Shown here in pieces: positions 13,701 to 64,000 of a stretch of 64,000 nt of DNA (the stretch's first letter is position 1; every line of letters starts with the position of its first letter). Made by a program: the position numbers and the translations under genes. Below the pieces are notes generated by a model. That model was not told the DNA's origin. It saw nothing but the letters and a program-made list of their open reading frames with translations, and did no database searches. Source of the DNA: Octopus bimaculoides (lineage: Eukaryota); NCBI RefSeq assembly GCF_001194135.2, contig NC_068984.1, forward strand, positions 103,944,809 to 104,008,808. Direction: 5' to 3'.

Positions 13701-16700
13701 TGGCCTGATGATATCATTCATAGTTCACTGGTGTGTTTTTCACATACATTATCTAGGAGGATTTCTCTTCCTAGACAGTTTCCACTGTGAAAGCCTTTCC
13801 ATGTTTGAATGTACATGAATGTGTTTATTATCACTCTACTTAGCTATATAATAATTGTATTTGCCTTCTAACTGCAGGCTAATGATGCTTATCTCGAAAT
13901 GGCTATTGGTAATGCCCCTTGGCCTATAGGAGTTACCATGGTAGGTATTCATGCACGTACTGGTCGAGAGAAGATTTCTTCTCGATATGTCGCTCATGTA
14001 CTCAATGATGAAACCCAAAGGAAATACATCCAGGTAAATGTTTTAAACTATTACAGTTGTGTTGCTTTTTAGAGTTTCTTAAACCAACATTGGTAGCAAT
14101 TGGAGGATTAGTTGGATTAAAACAAACTTGCAAATATGTCTACGAAGAAGGCAGCTTCTCTCTAATATTCAAAACTTTTCAAGTCATCAACATTTAACAT
14201 CCATTTTTCCATGATGGCATGGGTTGGACAGTTTGATAGGAACTGGCCAAGCCAGGGGCAGTATCAGGTTCCATAGTCTGTTTTGGCTTGGTTTCTGCAG
14301 CTGAATGCCCTCCCTAATGCCAACTGCTCCACGGTATACTGGATGTGTTTTACAAGGCACCACTACCCACAGTGGTGGGCTGGTCTTCTTGCATACAGCA
14401 ATGCACCACATATCTCAGTCTTCTGTTGCACAGAAATAGTTTACAGTAAACTTCTCACACAATAGCAACTTTAGGGATCTAAGATGCTGTTATTGTCAAA
14501 TTTCTGTTGGCTATAAAAAGGAAGGAGCCCAGTAAATAAGAAACAGAGGTTCATTAATAACTATCATTTCATTAGCTGTTGAATTTGGGAGAGAAAAAGG
14601 TATTTTCAGGATAGAAGCAGACACAAACAAAACTAGCATTTACTGTGATAATATTAAAAAAGTGGCCCTAGCTTAGGTTCTCCATTTACTTTTCTGAGAG
14701 TTAGCTGTATCAGTTATTTCACTTTGGCTGGGCGTTATGGAAACTTAACATATTGCAGTAGATATCTTAGATTTTTGAGATCTTTGCAATTTGTTAAAAG
14801 GAAAGCTGTTCTTGAGATATAGACAGATGGTGGTTGAAGTGATTTAATTATATGCAAATATTAGGTGGCAACCTGGCAGAATTGTTACCACATCAAACAA
14901 AATGATTAATGGCATTTCCTCAAGCTCTTTATGTTATGAGTTCAAACACCACTAAGGTTGACTTTGCCTTTCATCCCATTGGGGTTGGTAAAAATAAGTA
15001 CCAGTTCTGCACTGGGTTCAATGCAATTGACTTTCCTTCCCATCAAAATTGCTATGTACCAAAAGTAGAAAGAATTATAAGCAATGAAGAATTTGTGTTA
15101 AATACAGACATCAAGATGTCTACCCTTCCAATCCTTTGGCTTATCCTAATCGAAAACCTTTTGTATCAGTTTAGACGGATTTCTATGAAAATCCTTATGT
15201 GTAAATGACACTATTATCATGGTTGGGATTAATAGAAGAATTTAAATATAATTGTAAGAAAGCCTAGAAAAACAGGAAGAATTCTAATACTTCCATTTCT
15301 TATTTGAGTTGTTGCTAAAGTAAAGACTTCCAGACCTACATCTCCCATGATGCTTAATTCTACACAATGTTTGGTTTTCATCCTCTTTCTCAAATAGTTT
15401 ATGCAATTTATGTAGTTAGATTCAGTTTAAATTCTCTCTCAGGGTCAAACTTACTTTTGGTAATGCATCAACTTTACAATTTCTTCTCGTACTTCATTAA
15501 CAAGTCACCTATTTACAGACTATGCATAACTACAGCCTTTGATCTTGTCTTTTCCTCCTGTTTCTTTTCTTATTGTGATGTTTCAGTAACTCATGTCGTT
15601 ACCTTTGAGATGGATTTCCTAAATGCATCCATATATACTTCTAATTGTTCAGACCATTTCTACATTCAAATGCCCAGATAATACTTAGCTCTGTCTATAT
15701 AGATATAATAATTCTAACAGTTCAGACTGTTTCTACATTCCACTAAAGCCCTGGTAACACAGCTTCATCCACATTCAGACTGTTCTAATAATGCATTAAA
15801 GATTTGATGACACCTAGCTCTTTCCATATGTATGGCTTTAACTGTTCATAATATGTCTATATTCTAAAGCTCTGATGATTCTTAGCTCCATCTATATTTA
15901 TATTTCTAACTGTTTCAACCATTTCTATATTCAACTGATGATCAGCTCCAGTATTCTGGTTTCTGTATTATTCAACAGTGTTAGCTTTTTTTGTTGAAGC
16001 AAAATTTTCATTGTTAAAGCTATTCCTTTAATTGCCTTCTGTTTTTGTCATTTAGCCTTAGGCCAGTCCTGAGCTCCTAACATTTTAGACATGGCTTTTT
16101 TTTTTCCTTAATGCACCTTGCCTGATACAACTGGCAAAGGATTCTTCATTGGGTTACTACTTTTCACTACTGTTAGTTCTAATAACATTAAGTCATGCAA
16201 GGTGTGGTAATGCTCATACAGAATGAACTAATTTTCATGATTTCCTAATGACATCAGTTTTAATTGGGAATTAAAACTTGATTGTAAACTCAAAATGTTT
16301 TTAAAAAGTTTTCTAAAATTGACACAGCAGCAATAGTAGCATGAACAATTTTTTTCAGTTCTGTTAGAGCAGTGGAAATAATGAAGGCAGTAGAGCAAGA
16401 GTTAAAATCTGGAATCAAAGGAAACCTGAAAGTTCGAGTTGACATTCCTGCAAATGTTAAATTTGTTGGTAGGAGTGAAGAATCTAACGTTTCAGGGCTT
16501 TTGTAACTTTGTCTGAGAAGGGAAAGTGGTAATGTATTTTGTGAGTTAATAAATGATGGAGGGAGGGAAGGGAGCTGAGAGAGGTGGTGTGAAAGGGTCA
16601 GGGAGAAGAGGCAGGTAAAAGATGTTTCAGTGGGAGGAGGAAAAGAGGGCAGTAAGGGAGCAGCAGATAAAAGCTAACATCATCTAGAAAGGTGAGGGTG

Positions 16701-17439
16701 GTCTGAGAAGAATGGGTAAAGTCAAAGCCTTATGCAAGGTCAAGGCAGTTGTCTAAACTCAAATCAATAACATTTTACACAATATAGATTTAGGATTTTC
16801 TAAATTGAAAGGAAAAAAAAAAAAAAACTCTGGCTGTTATGTTGGGAAGAGTGTTGGAGGGGAAGTTAGATAGACACTTGATGTCGAGATGTGCATTGAA
16901 AATGCTAATATCCCAATGTTAAAGATGTGACAGCTTACTTTGTTTGCTAGAATCATTTGATTCCAGAAATTACTAAGGCAGCAAACTGGCACAATCGTGA
17001 GCATGCCAGATAAAATTCTTAGCGGTATTTCATCCATCTTTATATTCTGAGTTCCAATTCCGAGGTTGACTTTGCCTTTCATTGTTTTGAAGTCGATACG
17101 ATAAGTACCAGTTGAGTACTGGGGGGTTGATGTAATCAACTAGTGCCTTGTGCATAAAGAAAGGCACAGACTGAAAAATGTTTAATAGAGTGGTCAGGCA
17201 AGTCAAAGCAATGAGTTTGAGGACTTCCAGTCAGCTTTATTTTGTTTCATATGCATACCTAATGCTCTACTCTTATTAGTAAAACTTTATTTCCTTGTCA
17301 GAAAATAAATTTTATATCACTAAATAGATTTTTTTTCTTTAATTTTCAGGCATTAAAACGGTTGATGACACAGTGTCAACATTTCTTCCCAACCGATCCT
17401 TCCCGGAGTGTCAACTATGAATCAATACATTCAGTTTAA
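963..17439 (+). CDS. PRPF18: Pre-mRNA splicing factor 18, join(963..1037,2693..2806,5182..5328,7364..7432,8962..9102,9595..9666,13878..14033,17350..17439); 5' exons lie outside the window
   Basis: Eight GT-AG exons join in frame. They give a PRP4-like motif ([19 protein letters not shown]) and the Prp18 domain signature [33 protein letters not shown]...[22 protein letters not shown]. Confidence 0.97.
1773..1917. repeat. Palindromic repeat with internal 41-bp tandem duplication, probably a PLE-derived remnant
   Basis: Inverted arms around GTTCATGAAC (1820-1829); 1820-1860 is duplicated at 1861-1901. Confidence 0.75.
1931..2373. other. Assembly gap (others: 20977-21154, 23280-23289, 24497-24855, 39923-40478, 56834-56843, 60761-60770)
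   Basis: N runs, mostly adjacent to microsatellites. Confidence 0.99.
2693..2806 (+). CDS. PRPF18: PRPF18 exon ([38 protein letters not shown])
   Basis: PRP4-like motif; AG acceptor and GTAAAT donor. Confidence 0.95.
4483..4705. mobile_element. TTAA-flanked MITE (CCC...GGG ends, piggyBac-like non-autonomous)
   Basis: TTAA|CCCTTTAACATT...AATGCTAAAGGG|TTAA; related copies at 12994-13214, 22761-22981, ~3200-3378 and ~34435-34606. Confidence 0.75.
5182..5328 (+). CDS. PRPF18: PRPF18 exon ([23 protein letters not shown]...LEDIE)
   Basis: [17 protein letters not shown] resembles the PRPF18 NDLKAALDKIDQQYLNE; CAG acceptor and GTAAAT donor. Confidence 0.95.
5704..5749 (-). ncRNA. Minimal type-I hammerhead ribozyme motif in PLE pLTR
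   Basis: AACAC-CUGAUGA-A-GGCUG(loop)CAGCU-GAAA-UG-UU-GUGAU; core bases intact; cleavage predicted between 5709 and 5708. Confidence 0.65.
6757..6802 (+). ncRNA. Hammerhead motif copy with G12-to-A change (probably inactive)
   Basis: CUGAUGA-A-GGCUG...CAGCC-AAAA instead of GAAA. Confidence 0.6.
7364..7432 (+). CDS. PRPF18: PRPF18 exon ([23 protein letters not shown])
   Basis: TTTCAG acceptor, GTAAGA donor, in frame. Confidence 0.92.
8962..9102 (+). CDS. PRPF18: PRPF18 exon ([13 protein letters not shown]...[12 protein letters not shown])
   Basis: Prp18-domain helices; TTTCAG acceptor and GTAAGA donor. Confidence 0.95.
9595..9666 (+). CDS. PRPF18: PRPF18 exon ([24 protein letters not shown])
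   Basis: ACAG acceptor, GTAAGC donor, in frame. Confidence 0.93.
9925..11645 (+). mobile_element. RTE-clade LINE, 5'-truncated, with stops and frameshifts
   Basis: RT motifs [14 protein letters not shown] and [15 protein letters not shown], a Cys/His finger, and the family 3' tail ending in (GAT)n. Confidence 0.92.
12077..12285 (+). mobile_element. tRNA-derived SINE (family A)
   Basis: Shared body GAGGTTGACTTTGCCTTT...AAGTACCAGTTGAGTACTGGGG with a (TAT)n tail. Other copies at ~14860-15085, ~16970-17160 and ~22362-22570 (+), and ~27650-27870, ~43200-43620 and ~44100-44340 (-). Confidence 0.75.
12300..12513 (+). repeat. 84-bp inverted repeat (hairpin) with a 46-nt loop
   Basis: 12300-12383 is the reverse complement of 12430-12513 with 3 differences. 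Confidence 0.95.
12405..12440 (+). ncRNA. Minimal type-I hammerhead ribozyme motif with intact core
   Basis: GAU-CUGAAGA-A-GGAAU(UGUA)AUUCC-GAAA-UA-UC-AUC: 3-bp stem I, 5-bp stem II, AUC triplet, cleavage after 12437. Confidence 0.7.
12994..13214. mobile_element. TTAA-flanked MITE (same family as 4483-4705, opposite orientation)
   Basis: TTAA|CCCATTAGCATTTAAAC...AATGCTAAAGAG|TTAA. Confidence 0.7.
13878..14033 (+). CDS. PRPF18: PRPF18 exon with the most conserved Prp18 motif
   Basis: Encodes [52 protein letters not shown]. Confidence 0.98.
17350..17439 (+). CDS. PRPF18: PRPF18 last coding exon ([29 protein letters not shown])
   Basis: TTTCAG acceptor, PTDPSR motif, TAA stop. Confidence 0.96.
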   Translation, partial: ALKRLMTQCQHFFPTDPSRSVNYESIHSV

Positions 17440-17601
17440 TACACAAAGGAAAAAAAAAAATCTGAATTCACTGATTTTTAAGATAGATTAAAAAAAAAAA
17501 TACTGAAAATCTATTTCTGTATATATTGTACATACTGTTATCGGAATGACTACACTGAGCAAGAAACTGAATAGTAATGGAGTGGATGTCAGCTTTTCAT
17601 A

Positions 17602-17607
17602 AATAAA
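17602..17607 (+). terminator. Candidate PRPF18 polyadenylation signal AATAAA
   Basis: First AATAAA, ~160 nt after the stop codon; further ones at ~18446 and ~18653. Confidence 0.5.
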
Positions 17608-17849
17608 TATATACTCTGCAACATGGTTTGATCACTCTTTCATTCATTTGCTTCACTAATAAGCTGTATATGTTGATACATACAAGTGTAGACATGGCTG
17701 CATGGTTAAGAAGTTTGCTTCCCAACAGTATGGTTTCAGGTTCAATCCCATTTCATAGCACCTTGGGCAAGTGTCTTCTATCACTCCCAACCAACTAACC
17801 AAAGCCTTCAACCCTGTTTGGCTCCAACTGTAAAAAAAAAAATGGAGGT

Positions 17850-18065
17850 AGCCCTGAAGTATTTTGGGCAGCCACATAAAGTAATTATCTTGGCCTTTTA
17901 GTTCTTCTACACGGCAGAATTAACGTCAAGGATTATCTTAATATTTTAGCTAATCATGTCCATCCTATGGTACAAACATTGATCCCTGTTGGTAGTACAA
18001 TCTTTCAGGATGATAATATCCTGATTCACACAGCTAATATTACAGCTGTAGAATGCAGTGGTTAG
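17850..18065 (+). mobile_element. Tc1-type transposase fragment
   Basis: Translates to LHGRINVKDYLNILANHVHPMVQTLIPVGSTIFQDDNILIHTA, including the FQDDN catalytic motif. Confidence 0.65.
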
Positions 18066-19070
18066 GAGAATGATGGAAGGATGAGTGATAAGGAATAGAA
18101 AGAGAAGTTGCAAGGAAGGAGGGAACTGAAAGATGGCTATAAACAAGGCTAGAAGTGGTCAATGGTAAGAATGAAGGATGGATGCCAATAGGAAGAAGCA
18201 GTAGTTGTAAACTTGACAGGGACATTAGGTGAAATCCCCAGTGTGTATACATAAAGTGCACAAAACTGCTTTGAGAACCTCACTTATGTTGTGTCAGAAG
18301 AGATAGATGGGATTCCTGAACACTGTATATTGCTAATCATTTTCGTCTGTCAGGTTGATTCCCTGTTGAAGATTCTTGAAACTTGAACACCCAAACTTCA
18401 TCACAAAATCAAAAATAACAACAGACACAAAGCTAGAACTGTTTCAATAAAGATTAATGTATGTTCAAGTGTACTGTACATTAGGTATGTATCTTTGTTA
18501 TTTCTTTTCTGTAGAAGTTGAAATTGATATTGGTTGATAAAATGCAGTAAAAATATTACTGCTGGAAGTCATTTCAGTGAATGATAATCATTATTATGGT
18601 GGGCTAAAAGAAGAGTTTTACATGACAGCAATAAGCTTGAATCAAGTAGTGCAATAAATTTGGCTGATAAAACTGTTTGAAAAGTCAGGAACAATTTGAT
18701 AAGTTTACAATGAAGCAGCAAATATTAGTAAACCTGCCATCTGTCCAGAAACTTCTTTTGCTGTAACTGATAAAGCAATTTTTAAAAAATGTACCATTTA
18801 CAAGTACACTCTGTGCAGAGATCATTAGAAATGGTATTAATTAAATAATTTAAATAATTTCTTTTATAACATCATTGATGTTATCATTATGATCTTTATC
18901 TGGGCAATTTTGAAGTTTAGCCATCTGACAGATTTGTACATTTATGAATTGTAAATCATATTGCTGTTTAAGAGCTGACATGAAAATATGATTTATAAAT
19001 ATTGCAGCTTTATAAGCTGGCACAATATTTTTTCCATTTTTTTTCAGTCAATTTTCTTTGTTTTAAAAAT

Positions 19071-63110
<44,040 letters not shown>

Positions 63111-64000
63111 CTACATGAAACAAGTAAAAATAAATATCACGAAACAATCCATATATTTTCATCAATACATTTGAATACTTGTTTTTAAATAATCATTAAT
63201 GTTTCAAAAGCATTTATTATTTAATGAAATTATTATATTAGTTCCAATTATTCAATGTATGTAATAAATCATTTTACTTACATAGCTGTTCAATGCTAAT
63301 ATGGTCCCAACACAACCTCTATGAAACAATATAAACTCAAAACCTGTGATTATACTTTGTTTATTTACACTGTACTCTTAGTAACAACATATGCTAATTC
63401 ACTTCAACTCTTTAGCTGTAGTTAAGGATAAGAAAGAGAAGACTGAAGATATGTGAAGGAGAACTGTCACAGTCTCAATGAAACAGGAAACAAAATCTTA
63501 GCATACACCAATTGTCATTACTTAAAAAGAGAGAAATTTAAAGGTGGTGGTAGTTTTGGTGAGGAGTAAGAATAGGAGAGAGAGAGAGAGATAGAGAGAG
63601 AGAGATAGAGACAGACAGACAGACAGAGAAATAAAGAAACTGAGTAAAAAATGTAAAGTAAAGAAACTGCAAGAATTGTAAGACAGAAATTAACATAGGA
63701 AGTGATAAACAGGAGACTGAGAGGATAGAGAAAACCTAGAAGAGTTTGAGAAAATATACTGTAAAGAAAGGATTTAAAGCATGAGGAGATAAGTGAACTG
63801 AAAAAAAAAATAGAAAGAAAATAACATTGATGGGTGGAAGTGAGAGTATAGGAGATAACAAAAGAATACAAGGTGGGGGGGAGAATAATAAATTTGAAAA
63901 GAAACAATTAGAGTAGAAATAAAATAGAATAGAAAGAGTTAAGTATAAAAGCTATGTCTGAGAGAACAAGAAATAGAGAAGTGCATGAAAGATGAAAAGG

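Noticed and set aside
15600-15960. Faint 60-70-bp periodicity (TTCAGAC..TTTCTACATTC..AGCTC)
   Set aside because: Too degenerate to define a unit by eye; probably an old tandem repeat.

Overview
AT-rich, repeat-dense animal genomic DNA with N-gaps. The SINE, RTE and MITE repertoire suggests an octopus genome (inference). The window holds two convergent, 5'-incomplete multi-exon genes, reconstructed by hand from GT-AG sites and frame continuity. PRPF18 lies on + (8 exons, 963-17439, all introns phase 0). ATG16L1 lies on - (11 exons, 63110 down to 19071; end of the coiled coil, a short linker and the complete WD40 propeller), with one 27-kb intron. The introns contain RTE LINEs, tRNA-derived SINEs, TTAA MITEs, and Tc1/mariner, hAT, R4-like and Penelope-like (PLE) relics. 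The most unusual signal is a set of minimal type-I hammerhead ribozyme motifs from several unrelated repeat families. One PLE carries a tRNA-like Pol III head just upstream of its hammerhead. A separate short TSD-flanked element (42104-42556) consists only of that head plus the hammerhead, i.e. a candidate ribozyme-bearing SINE partnered with the PLE. A core-intact hammerhead sits in the loop of an 84-bp hairpin in sense orientation in a PRPF18 intron, and another lies sense in the last ATG16L1 intron. Most ORFs in the supplied track are artefacts of N-runs, microsatellites or repeat fragments.
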